From the NCBI GenBank assembly GCA_040771865.1, contig JAXGZF010000010.1:1-64000 (forward strand): a DNA stretch of 64,000 nucleotides. Direction: 5' to 3'. A program made the position numbers and the translations under genes. This stretch comes from Desulfobacterales bacterium. GTDB taxonomy: Bacteria; Desulfobacterota; Desulfobacteria; Desulfobacterales; UBA2245. The notes below the pieces were generated by a model, which was not told where the DNA came from, did not search any database, and worked only from the letters and a program-made list of their open reading frames with translations. This document shows positions 38,766 to 48,062 of the stretch, in pieces (position 1 is the first letter of the stretch; every line of letters starts with the position of its first letter).

Positions 38766-39618
38766 TTTTTTCACTTTCCCGAGCTTCTTTCTGGTAAATG
38801 GCGCGAAGCATGCGATTGCTTTCGTCCAGCCCCTGCTGGCAAAACGGCCCCAGAAAATTGCGAATGCTTTCCAGATACTCAAGGCCGGCGTGATTGCATC
38901 CGGAAAGCAGCTTGGTTCTGGATTCGTTTAAAGCCGCAAAATAAGCCTCCAGAACCGGTTCGACATGAGGATTGGATGCCATCAGCGTCCGGTAAAGCTC
39001 CAGGTCCTGGGCAAATAAACGGGCGGTCAGATTCATGTTGGCCCTGAAAACCGGAGTGGCAATCAGCAGGGATTCCTCGGGATTGACCGCCAGCATCTCC
39101 AGAGTCCTGGCAAAAGAGACCGTGATCATATGCGTGAGGCCCTGCACAACCGCCATGCACCGGTCATGCTTCTGAGGATCCATGTAGTTGACCGCAGCGC
39201 CGTAATTTTTAAACAAGGCGATCATCCATTGAACAAGGGTCTCCCCCCTGCCCGGACAGACGATAAGATTCTGGCCCCGAATGGTTTCCGTGAAAGGCCC
39301 GAACAGGGGATGAACGCCCATGACCTGCGCCGGGCTGCAACGCAGCATTGCATCCAGAACGGGAGCTTTTAGAGAGCAGACATCCATCATGAGCTGGTCG
39401 GACGAAAGCAGCGGTCCAACCTGTCCGCACATGAGGATCGCGGTTTGAATCGGCAGGCTGAGAACGATCACATCGCAGGATCGGGCCAGCATTTCGGGGG
39501 TCTGATCCGTATTCAGATCACAGATTTGCACCGAATGACCGGCCAGGATGAAAAAACTTTCAAACCACCTTCCCATGTTTCCCTTGCCGCCGATGATACC
39601 GATGCGAACCTGTTTCAT
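38755..39618 (-). CDS. tyrA: Prephenate dehydrogenase
   Basis: IIGGKGNMG, DVCSLK, HPLFGP, HDRCMAVVQGLTH. Confidence 0.93.
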   Translation of the reverse strand: MKQVRIGIIGGKGNMGRWFESFFILAGHSVQICDLNTDQTPEMLARSCDVIVLSLPIQTAILMCGQVGPLLSSDQLMMDVCSLKAPVLDAMLRCSPAQVMGVHPLFGPFTETIRGQNLIVCPGRGETLVQWMIALFKNYGAAVNYMDPQKHDRCMAVVQGLTHMITVSFARTLEMLAVNPEESLLIATPVFRANMNLTARLFAQDLELYRTLMASNPHVEPVLEAYFAALNESRTKLLSGCNHAGLEYLESIRNFLGPFCQQGLDESNRMLRAIYQKEARESEKNDY

Positions 39619-40667
39619 TTGAACGCCTTTTGTCTGAGAAGATGATCGGCCAGCACGAGGTTGACCATGGCCTCGCATACCACGTTGATTCTGGGAATGG
39701 CGCAGACGTCATGGCGTCCCGCTATCTGAATCGCGGTCGGGCTACCTTTCCGGTCGATGGTTTGCTGAATTTTTCCAATGGAAGGAATCGGTTTGACCGC
39801 AGCTCGAATAATGATGTCCTGGCCACTTGTGATTCCGGCGAGAATCCCTCCCGCATGGTTGGATAGAAATCCGTTATCCGAAATCGGATCATTGTGCTGA
39901 GAACCCAGCATGCGGGCGGATTGAAATCCGGATCCGATTTCAACGCCTTTAACCGCACCAATGCTCATCAATGCTTTGGCAATATCCGCGTCCATCTTGT
40001 CAAACACGGGTTCTCCCAAACCAGTGGGTACGCCTTGCGCGAGAACCTCAACGATGCCTCCGACCGAATCCTGCGCCTTTCGGACCTCGTCGATTCTGCG
40101 GGCGATTTTCTCCGCAGCCGACATGTCGGGACACAAAAAGGGATTATTCGTTACAACGGACAGGTCCTTTTCCTGAGCCCGGATTCCACCGACTTCCAGA
40201 GTGTAGGCCCTCACTCGAATCCCTTGGACTTTTAATATTTCAGCCGCTACCGCTCCTGCGGCAACTCGGGCCGAGGTTTCACGGGCAGAAGCGCGTCCGC
40301 CTCCTCGCCAGTCGCGAATACCGTATTTGGCCTCATAGGTGAAGTCACCATGTCCGGGACGGAACACATCGGCCAGGGGGGCGTAAGCCTTGGATTGTGC
40401 GTCGGAATTTTCAATCAGAATCGAAATCGGAGTTCCGGTGCTGCGACCCTCGAAGACTCCGGAAAGGATGCGGATGCGATCCGATTCCCTGCGCGAGGTG
40501 CTTGCGGTGCTGGAACCGGGTTTTCTTCGATCCATCATGGGCTGAATGACGGATTCATTGAGCACAATGCCCGGCGGGCAGCCGTCGATGACGACGCCAA
40601 GGGCCGGGCCGTGAGATTCACCCCAGGTGGTGATTCGGAAAAAAGATCCAAATGTGTTTCCCGGCAT
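39615..40667 (-). CDS. aroC: Chorismate synthase
   Basis: WGESHG, RPGHGD, GGGRASARET, GRHD. Confidence 0.97.
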   Translation of the reverse strand: MPGNTFGSFFRITTWGESHGPALGVVIDGCPPGIVLNESVIQPMMDRRKPGSSTASTSRRESDRIRILSGVFEGRSTGTPISILIENSDAQSKAYAPLADVFRPGHGDFTYEAKYGIRDWRGGGRASARETSARVAAGAVAAEILKVQGIRVRAYTLEVGGIRAQEKDLSVVTNNPFLCPDMSAAEKIARRIDEVRKAQDSVGGIVEVLAQGVPTGLGEPVFDKMDADIAKALMSIGAVKGVEIGSGFQSARMLGSQHNDPISDNGFLSNHAGGILAGITSGQDIIIRAAVKPIPSIGKIQQTIDRKGSPTAIQIAGRHDVCAIPRINVVCEAMVNLVLADHLLRQKAFK

Positions 40668-40685
40668 AAGACAGACTCCAACAAA

Positions 40686-41225
40686 TCAGGCGATACGGAT
40701 CATCGGGTTTTGATCCGCCAGAATTTTTAAAATCGCATCGCCGATTTCTTCAACTGATGCATCATCGGTGTCAACAAAAAAATCCATGGCCTGGGAATAA
40801 ATTGGATTTCGCACGGCCAGCAACTCGCAAATTTCCTCAAGGCTCCCCTTTTCCGTCAAAGCCGGTCTGAAATTCGATGTATTGACGTCTTTCCGCATTC
40901 GATGATCAATGGTTTCAGGCCTGGCGCGCAACCAGATCAGCAATCCGCAGGATTTCATTTCAAGAACGTTTTCAAGATTCAGAATAACGCCTCCACCGGT
41001 TGCAATCACCTGACGGCCCGAAAGACAGAGACGTTTCAAAAGCGCGGTCTCTTTTTCACGAAAATAGCGCCATCCCTGCGCCTGAACGATTTCCCGAATG
41101 CTCTGGCCGAAATCGTCGACGAGCACCGAATCCATGTCGATAAACGGCCAGTGCAAATGATCTGCAAGCCAGCGGCCGACGGCAGTTTTGCCGGAACACC
41201 GATACCCGATCAAAAAGATATTCAT
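40686..41225 (-). CDS. aroK: Shikimate kinase
   Basis: GYRCSGKT, FREKE, ATGGG. Confidence 0.93.
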   Translation of the reverse strand: MNIFLIGYRCSGKTAVGRWLADHLHWPFIDMDSVLVDDFGQSIREIVQAQGWRYFREKETALLKRLCLSGRQVIATGGGVILNLENVLEMKSCGLLIWLRARPETIDHRMRKDVNTSNFRPALTEKGSLEEICELLAVRNPIYSQAMDFFVDTDDASVEEIGDAILKILADQNPMIRIA

Positions 41226-42526
41226 GTTTGCCCCTTGCCCGCATTCTGCTGGTGAAAATCGTACAGGCTTTCAAAAACATGCCAGAAGTTTGGAAATGAC
41301 TTGACGACGCACTCCCTGTTCTCAATCACGATTCCCGGTATATGCAAACCGGCCAGAGCAAAGCTCATGGCCATTCGATGGTCGTTGTATGTATGAATCA
41401 AGGCACCTGAAGGCTTGCCTCCGGCAATTTGAAGCTCGGAGTCGGTGCATGACGCATCAATTCCCATTCTGTTCAATTCGGCAACCACGGCAGCAAGCCG
41501 GTTGCTTTCCTTTTCCTTTAAATGTCCGACGTTTCGAATGGTCGTGACGCCGTCTGCAAATGCGGCCACAACCGCAAGGGTGGGAACCAGATCCGGCATG
41601 TCGCCCATATCCACATCCACACCACGAACGGCCCGACCGCATACCTCGATGCCCTTTGAAGATTCGACAATGCGGCATCCCATACGCTCCAACACTCCGG
41701 TAAAGCGCACATCGCCCTGCCTGGACTGTCTGTTCAGCCCATTGACGGAGACGCAGGCACCGGTAATTGCCGCGGCGGCCCAAAAATAGCCCGCCTGGGA
41801 AGCGTCCGGTTCAACGTCGCAGATTCCCGACCGGTATACCTGGCCCGGCGGAACATAAAAACGATCATATCCGTTTCTTTGTACAGTCACACCAAAGCGT
41901 TCCATTACATCCACGGTCAAATCGATATAAGGCCTCGACACGACCCGGCCCTGAGTAAAAATTTCCATTCCGGAACGCGCGCAGGGCGCAATCAACAGTA
42001 AGGCGGAAAGATACTGGCTGCTTTTGGTACAGTCGAGCCTAACGGTGCCCCCGAATGCCGAACCGCCGGTAATAATGATCGGCGGGCAACCAGTGCCGTC
42101 GACCGATCGAGCGCTTACTTTTATCTGGTTCAATGCATCCAGAAGATCCGAGATCGGGCGCTGATGCATCCTCGACGTGCCGTAAAACCGGTAATCGCCG
42201 CTGCCAAGCGCAGCAACCGCGGCCAGCAGACGCATGCTGGTGCCCGAATTCCCAAGAAAGATGGGTTCCGTGCAAGGCGCCAGCCTGCCGCCGGTTCCAA
42301 AGACCTTTGCCGAATTTTCACAAGCTTCGATGCGCACGCCCATCCGCTCAAGGGCATTGATGGTCAGAAGCGTGTCTTCGCTGAACAGCGGATGGTTGAT
42401 GTTGCAGATTCCGTCGGAAAGCGCCGCGGCGATCAGGACGCGATGGGTAAAACTCTTGGATCCTGGAACACAAACCTCGGTCCTGGCGCGAACTGGCCCA
42501 TTAACAATCTTCACATCGATGGACAT
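41222..42526 (-). CDS. aroA: EPSP synthase
   Basis: PGSKS, GNSGTSMR, SSQY, KESNR, DHRMAM. Confidence 0.97.
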   Translation of the reverse strand: MSIDVKIVNGPVRARTEVCVPGSKSFTHRVLIAAALSDGICNINHPLFSEDTLLTINALERMGVRIEACENSAKVFGTGGRLAPCTEPIFLGNSGTSMRLLAAVAALGSGDYRFYGTSRMHQRPISDLLDALNQIKVSARSVDGTGCPPIIITGGSAFGGTVRLDCTKSSQYLSALLLIAPCARSGMEIFTQGRVVSRPYIDLTVDVMERFGVTVQRNGYDRFYVPPGQVYRSGICDVEPDASQAGYFWAAAAITGACVSVNGLNRQSRQGDVRFTGVLERMGCRIVESSKGIEVCGRAVRGVDVDMGDMPDLVPTLAVVAAFADGVTTIRNVGHLKEKESNRLAAVVAELNRMGIDASCTDSELQIAGGKPSGALIHTYNDHRMAMSFALAGLHIPGIVIENRECVVKSFPNFWHVFESLYDFHQQNAGKGQT

Positions 42527-42549
42527 GGTTTATACCCTTCTGACGATTA

Positions 42550-43395
42550 TTACTGTAAAGCCTTCAGCACCGCCGCTCGCATCGCGTCGATCGGCGCTTC
42601 TCGGCCGGTCCACCATTGAAACTGCAAAGCCCCTTGGTAAACAAACATGGCCACCCCGTCTATCGCAGTGCAACCCCTTGCTCCGGCTTCCTGAAGCAGG
42701 GCCGTTTTTAAGGGTCTGTAGACAATATCCATAACCACCATACCGGGTTCAAGGTTTTCGGAATTTATGGCGAGCTCGTGAACATTCGGAAACATTCCCA
42801 TGGGTGTGGTGTGAATCAGAATATCGCAACGAATTGTTTCACTGTCCTCAAGCGGACGAAAATTTGCATCCAGGTCCCGAGCCAGCGTTTCCCCTCTTAT
42901 CCGGCTGCGATTGTAAATGGTCAATTTGCCGGCTTTTTTCCGGATTTCAAACCCTATGGCCCGGGCAGCTCCTCCGGCGCCGATGATGGCCACATGTTTT
43001 CCATTCAGGCTTGTTCTGGATTCAAGCGCGAGAATCGCCCCTTTACCGTCGGAATTACAGCCTTTCAGAAGTCCGTTCAAATTGACGACGGTGTTGACCG
43101 CTCCGGTTATTTGAGCTTCCGGGTCCAATTCATCCAGGGCGGCGATCACGTCGACTTTATGTGGAATGGTGATGCTCGCGCCTTTAATGTCCAAGGCCCG
43201 CATCGCGTTCATGGCGACCCGAATGTCTTTGACATCAAAAGCCATATACGCCGCATTGATCCCCGCAGTCATAAAGGCGCGGTTGTGCATGACCGGACTC
43301 AGGCTATGGGCCACGGGATGCCCGAACACGGCGTAAAGATCGGTATTCGCCGTGATGGATGTTCTGAAATTATCTTTTATTTCCGTTTGGTTCAT
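42550..43395 (-). CDS. aroE: Shikimate dehydrogenase
   Basis: HSLSPVMHN, TIPHK, GAVNT, GAGGAARA. Confidence 0.96.
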   Translation of the reverse strand: MNQTEIKDNFRTSITANTDLYAVFGHPVAHSLSPVMHNRAFMTAGINAAYMAFDVKDIRVAMNAMRALDIKGASITIPHKVDVIAALDELDPEAQITGAVNTVVNLNGLLKGCNSDGKGAILALESRTSLNGKHVAIIGAGGAARAIGFEIRKKAGKLTIYNRSRIRGETLARDLDANFRPLEDSETIRCDILIHTTPMGMFPNVHELAINSENLEPGMVVMDIVYRPLKTALLQEAGARGCTAIDGVAMFVYQGALQFQWWTGREAPIDAMRAAVLKALQ

Positions 43396-43401
43396 TTTCT
43401 G

Positions 43402-44493
43402 TCAACCCTGGGCCCTGGGATAAGAACCCAGTATTTTAAGGTACAGACACAGAGAACGCATCTGATCGATGGCGGTATGCACCGGAGGGTCCTGCTGGTG
43501 CCCGTCGAGTTCCACAAAGAAGAAATAACTCCAGTTCTGCTGCTTGGTCGGCCGGGATTCGAGCTTGACCATGTTGATGCCAGCATCGGCAATCGGTTGA
43601 AGCGCATGATAGAGAGCGCCCGGCCGGTGCGCGGTGACCAGCATGATCGAAGTCTTGTCGTTTGCCGTGGGCGCCGAAGCGTCTTTTCCGATTATGATAA
43701 ACCGCGTGGTGTTCCGGCTTGAATCCTCAATAGCCCATGCCGCCACTTGAAGCCCGTAGATCTGGGCCGCCTCGCTGCTGGCAACGGCCCCGGCATCGGG
43801 ACGTTCCGCCGCCATTCGGGCCGCATATCCTGTGCTTTCGCAGGTGTGAATAAGGGCGTCGGGAAGATGCCTGTCCAGCCAGCGGCGGCACTGAGCCAGA
43901 GCCTGAGGATGAGAGAAGATCTCTCGAATATCCTCCGGCCGTCCATTTTTACACAACAGGGCGTGAGATATGGGAGAATAGATTTCACCGCAAATCGACA
44001 CGGTAGATTCAAACAGAAGGTCCAGCGTGTGATTGACCGCGCCCTCGATGGAGTTCTCCACCGGGACGACCCCGTAATGGCATTTGCCCCTCTCAACCTG
44101 CGAAAAAATCTCGTAGATGTTTTCCTGTGGCACAAATTCATTCAGATGGCCGAAATGCTTCAATGCGGCCAGATGGGTAAAGGTCGCCTCCGGTCCCAGA
44201 AAGGCGATCTGAATGGGGCGCTGCACTCTTCGAGCGGCGGCGATGATCTCGCCGAATATATGTCGCAGTTCCTCGGTCTTCAGAGGCCCTTCGTTGGTGT
44301 CACACAAAGACTTCATCAGCCTGGCCTCCCGATCCGGATCCAGAACAGGCGTCCCGTTCAGGCCTTTCAAGTGGCCGATCTTTCCGGCGATGGTCAACCG
44401 CTGGTTGATCAGTTTCAGAATATTTTGATCGATCAAGTCGATTTGAGTGCGCAAATCTTCGATCGATGTCCGATCCTCTTTATTTTCTGTCAT
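43402..44493 (-). CDS. pheA: Chorismate mutase / prephenate dehydratase
   Basis: LRTQIDLID CM domain; PVENSIEG, NTTRF, ACT domain LESRP. Confidence 0.96.
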   Translation of the reverse strand: MTENKEDRTSIEDLRTQIDLIDQNILKLINQRLTIAGKIGHLKGLNGTPVLDPDREARLMKSLCDTNEGPLKTEELRHIFGEIIAAARRVQRPIQIAFLGPEATFTHLAALKHFGHLNEFVPQENIYEIFSQVERGKCHYGVVPVENSIEGAVNHTLDLLFESTVSICGEIYSPISHALLCKNGRPEDIREIFSHPQALAQCRRWLDRHLPDALIHTCESTGYAARMAAERPDAGAVASSEAAQIYGLQVAAWAIEDSSRNTTRFIIIGKDASAPTANDKTSIMLVTAHRPGALYHALQPIADAGINMVKLESRPTKQQNWSYFFFVELDGHQQDPPVHTAIDQMRSLCLYLKILGSYPRAQG

Positions 44494-44510
44494 GCGGCCA
44501 CCGCCATGAT

Positions 44511-45503
44511 TTATTTTTCGGAAATGGTTTCATTAATGGCATATCCAAAATGTCTGGCCCCTTCCTCCATCGCCACAAGCACCTTGTCGCCAGGGCAAAG
44601 GCTTGCCACCGACAACGGCGAGCCATCCGGAGCCGTCAGGCGTATGGTTTCGGCATTTTGAAGCAAAACGGAGATTTCCTTTCCGCTGCAGACCGCTGCA
44701 ATAAGAATCAAGGGCCGTTTTTCGATCTTCAGACGACCGATCACCGCCTCGGATGCCTCTCCTTTATGATTAACGATCTGCACGGCATCACCGGCCCGAA
44801 GCTCAGAAAGATACCGGGTCTTGCCCCCCGGCGTCCGGGTATAGGCATGCACCGGACCGGCATTGACGCGAAAAGGCCGGGGCGCTACATAGGGGTTCTC
44901 GATGCTTTCCGCATGCACCAGAAAAAGGGCGTTGCTACTGTTTCCCACCAGCATTCCCTCTCCCTGGGTCATTGTGGTGCAGGTATCCACGCATACCCGA
45001 TCTCCCATGCCAACAGGGCGAATCTGTTTGATTTCAGCTTCCGAAAGCGCAATGCTCTCGTTGCCCCGGTTCAGCAGGGTCAGAATCTTTGCCAGTTGAC
45101 CCGGATCCTGCGTGTCGACCAGAATATGATTGACGCCTTTTTCCAGAATTCCAAATGCGGTCTGGGCTTCGTCAAAATCACGCACATGGGCGATGATTCG
45201 AGCCCCCCTGGCGATAAGGTTCTCAAGGGGAATCACGCTCCAGTCGGAAAAGGTCACCACGACCTGTTTGTGCCGGGAAAGCTGAAGAATTTCGGGCTCA
45301 TCCTCCGCGCTTTGAATTTGAAAAAACACCACCTGCTCGCCGATCTTCAGATCTCCGTCCTCGGAGACGGTCTGAATTCTTCCCAGTTCCTTGACCTTTC
45401 CGGAGAATCCCTTGGGAATCATCACCGCCTCTGCACCGCCTTCAAGCGCCGTGGTTACCAGGGATTTATTCCAGGGGTCCGCCTTTACCCAGATTGTCCG
45501 CAT
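44511..45503 (-). CDS. 3-dehydroquinate synthase II (AroB')
   Basis: WSVIPLENL, GDRVCVDTC, RPFRVNAG.VHAY, GRLKIEKRPL, QNAET, ARHFG. Confidence 0.95.
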   Translation of the reverse strand: MRTIWVKADPWNKSLVTTALEGGAEAVMIPKGFSGKVKELGRIQTVSEDGDLKIGEQVVFFQIQSAEDEPEILQLSRHKQVVVTFSDWSVIPLENLIARGARIIAHVRDFDEAQTAFGILEKGVNHILVDTQDPGQLAKILTLLNRGNESIALSEAEIKQIRPVGMGDRVCVDTCTTMTQGEGMLVGNSSNALFLVHAESIENPYVAPRPFRVNAGPVHAYTRTPGGKTRYLSELRAGDAVQIVNHKGEASEAVIGRLKIEKRPLILIAAVCSGKEISVLLQNAETIRLTAPDGSPLSVASLCPGDKVLVAMEEGARHFGYAINETISEK

Positions 45504-45518
45504 ATTTCCACTCCCTGC

Positions 45519-46325
45519 TCAGGATGATGCATTTAAAATGTCCAATGCGCTTTGAACATCCGTCCCATCGTGAACAATGGCCGATATGGCCCTGACCATT
45601 CGGGAAGGATTGCGATGCTGAAACACGTTTCTTCCGATTGATGCGCCGGCGCCGCCAGCATCGATGGACCCCTTGACCATTTCCAAGATATCCCGGTCCG
45701 AATCCATCTTGGGACCGCCCGCGATTATAACGGGAATCGCGCATCCAGCCACCACCTCTTTAAAGGTTTCGACAGAACCCGTGTAAGAAACCTTGACCAG
45801 GTCGGCACCCATTTCGTATCCAACCCGGGCGGCATGTTTGATGACATTGACGTCGAACTCGTCCTTGATGCGTTCGCCTCGCGGATAGATCATGGCCAGA
45901 AGCGGCATGCCCCATTCCCTTGCCTCATAGCTGATGCGTCCGAAATCCTGAAGCATTTCCTTTTCCTGGCCGTTTCCGATGTTGACGTGGATCGATACCG
46001 CGTCCGCACCCAGCTTGATCGCCTCTTCCACGCTGCACACCAGGGTTTTCGAATTTGGATTTGGAGACAGCGAGGTGGAGGCCGAGAGATGGATGATCAG
46101 TCCGATATCCCCTCCTTCCCCGCGATGCCCCTCGGCTACGAGTCCCTTATGGGCGACCACGGCATTTGCGCCGCCGCTGACGATCCTTCCGATGGCCTGT
46201 TTCATGTCTCCCAGGCCCGCAATCGGGCCCATGGAAATTCCATGATCCATTGGAACAACCACTGTTTTTCCGGTGTTTCGATTGATGATCCGTTCTATAC
46301 GGATACGCTTCCCCAACAAGCTCAT
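45519..46325 (-). CDS. 2-amino-3,7-dideoxy-D-threo-hept-6-ulosonate (ADH) synthase, AroA' (class I aldolase)
   Basis: PMDHG, LGADAVS.H.N.G, GADLVK, AGGPK, GRNVFQ; adjacent to AroB'; AAGGAG RBS. Confidence 0.92.
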   Translation of the reverse strand: MSLLGKRIRIERIINRNTGKTVVVPMDHGISMGPIAGLGDMKQAIGRIVSGGANAVVAHKGLVAEGHRGEGGDIGLIIHLSASTSLSPNPNSKTLVCSVEEAIKLGADAVSIHVNIGNGQEKEMLQDFGRISYEAREWGMPLLAMIYPRGERIKDEFDVNVIKHAARVGYEMGADLVKVSYTGSVETFKEVVAGCAIPVIIAGGPKMDSDRDILEMVKGSIDAGGAGASIGRNVFQHRNPSRMVRAISAIVHDGTDVQSALDILNASS

Positions 46326-46343
46326 GATAGATACCCTCTCCTT

Positions 46344-46380
46344 AAAAGCAAAAGGCTGTGAGGATTTCCCGCTCACAGCC
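46344..46380 (-). terminator. Second (downstream) attenuator terminator T2
   Basis: Minus strand GGCUGUGAG-N9-CUCACAGCC-UUUUGCUUUU, directly before the AroA' RBS. Confidence 0.75.
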
Positions 46381-46390
46381 CCTGAAAATC

Positions 46391-46426
46391 AAAAAGCCGT
46401 GAGCAGAGTGTCTGCCCACGGCTTTT
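46391..46426 (-). terminator. First attenuator terminator T1
   Basis: Minus strand AAAAGCCGUGGGCAGA-CAC-UCUGCUCACGGCUUUUU. Confidence 0.88.
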
Positions 46427-46444
46427 GCGCTCAGTTGATGATAA

Positions 46445-46516
46445 TCAGCGCACCAAGGGCAGACCTCTGGTGAAATAATAATACCAAAAATATCCGCCCG
46501 AAAAATTCTGTGTCAT
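46445..46516 (-). CDS. Aromatic amino acid attenuator leader peptide MTQNFSGGYFWYYYFTRGLPLVR
   Basis: 23 aa with seven consecutive aromatic codons; GGA upstream; alternative in-frame ATG at 46528; below the ORF track cutoff. Confidence 0.9.
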   Translation of the reverse strand: MTQNFSGGYFWYYYFTRGLPLVR

Positions 46517-46593
46517 CTGATCATCCATTCAGTTAATAACTGATACAATTCCTTTTCTCAATTATCCAAGCCGATCCTGTTTGTCAAGAAAAT

Positions 46594-47781
46594 TTATTGA
46601 AAGGATTCGAGTGGAATTGAAGCCTTGTATAAAACAGCCTGGCCCCAAATTTCATAACGCTTTACGGCTGCGGGAACGACCAGCGATGCTCCCCGGGCTA
46701 TTCTGATCGCGCTCTTCGCCCCCGCGTCCACGAACTCCGCAGTTCCTTCAACGCACAGAAGAATCTCCATGCTTCTCTGTCCGGCGCTGGAATAGCGGCA
46801 TCCGTCCTGAAGCGAAATTGTGGATAGCGCAAATTCCCGGGCGCAAACCGGGTATATCTTTTCGCATTCCCCAACCGATCCCGGATAAAGGACGGATACC
46901 GGTTGCACGTCAAATTTTACAACACGCATCAGTTCGACGCAATCGATATGTTTACTGGTCAGACCGCCCCGAAGCACGTTGTCCGAATCGGCCATCAGCT
47001 CAACACCCATTCCTTTGAGATATACGTGAAGCTCCCCGGCTTGAAGAAAGATCGCCTCTCCGGGCTGAAGGCAAACCAGGTTCAGAAAAAACGGCGCCAG
47101 CATGCCGACATCATTCGGATACTCCTGATTCAGATGCAAAGCCCATTGAAACGCCGGATCATCATATTTGCCGGCACTGGATACCGTTTCAGCAATCAGA
47201 TCGGCCCGTTGAAGGCTGGAAAGCGTCATGAGCGATTTGAAAAAACTTTTCAGCCCGGAAATATCAAGATTGCGTAAATTCCTTGGACAGGCTCTGTTCA
47301 AGAGGCGTTGCGTTTCATCCAGACCTCGAAAACCTTTTAACGCCCAGAACGGCGTCAGGGCGCAAAGACATTCGGGTTTATGGTTGTCGTCCCGGTAATT
47401 CCGGTTGAAGGCGTTTATGGCGATGTTTTTCCGGTTTTCCCGAAAAAAACCTTCCACGGCCTGTTCCTTGTTCGGGTGAGCCTGAATGGAAAGGGGCTTT
47501 TCAGCGGCCAGCACCTTGAACAGGTAGGGAAGTTTCCTATGAAACCTTTCCGATGCAATTTTTCCCAGAATCTGTTCCGGAAATTCTGCAATCAGATCGG
47601 GCAGCAGAACCCATCTGTCGTTTATCCTGACCCTGGAAGGCCCTCGGGGGTGAGTACCCATCCAAAGCTCTGCCTGAGGGACGTCTGAAAAATTCGGATT
47701 TCCCGTCAATTCGGCGATCGCCGAACGGGAACCCCACGCATATGGCTGCACTGTATTTTGAAGAATGCCAAACGTATTCAT
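46594..47781 (-). CDS. manA: Mannose-6-phosphate isomerase class I
   Basis: YAWGS, AELWMGTHP, LSIQAHP, DDNHKPE, SDNVLRGGLT. Confidence 0.96.
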   Translation of the reverse strand: MNTFGILQNTVQPYAWGSRSAIAELTGNPNFSDVPQAELWMGTHPRGPSRVRINDRWVLLPDLIAEFPEQILGKIASERFHRKLPYLFKVLAAEKPLSIQAHPNKEQAVEGFFRENRKNIAINAFNRNYRDDNHKPECLCALTPFWALKGFRGLDETQRLLNRACPRNLRNLDISGLKSFFKSLMTLSSLQRADLIAETVSSAGKYDDPAFQWALHLNQEYPNDVGMLAPFFLNLVCLQPGEAIFLQAGELHVYLKGMGVELMADSDNVLRGGLTSKHIDCVELMRVVKFDVQPVSVLYPGSVGECEKIYPVCAREFALSTISLQDGCRYSSAGQRSMEILLCVEGTAEFVDAGAKSAIRIARGASLVVPAAVKRYEIWGQAVLYKASIPLESFQ

Positions 47782-48062
47782 TCAATCCTTCAATAAGTCT
47801 TCGTAGTCAAAACTGATTTTTGATTATTATATTTTATATGCAATTTCAAGAAGTTTGACCCTCAGGGCCAATGACGGGTCAGGCATATTGCCTTGTCACT
47901 CAAGACGATCTGTGGTAGCGAACACCATAATTTCATGTTTTTTTGAAACCAGAACTTGAACTGACGCATGAGATTTCCCTGGTTTGGCGGCATGTGCTGT
48001 TGAATACGGGTTGATGGATCAGCATTGAACGAACTGCAATTATTTTTTCATTTTTCCAAATT

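Noticed and set aside
42778..45527. Long plus-strand ORFs (314, 304 and 353 aa)
   Set aside because: Antisense to aroE, pheA and aroB'; no motifs
46326..46376. ORF-track N-terminal extension of AroA'
   Set aside because: It runs through terminator T2; the RBS supports ATG 46325. Similar over-extensions were trimmed for the octaheme, acs, tyrA, thioesterase, methyltransferase and ABC ATPase genes
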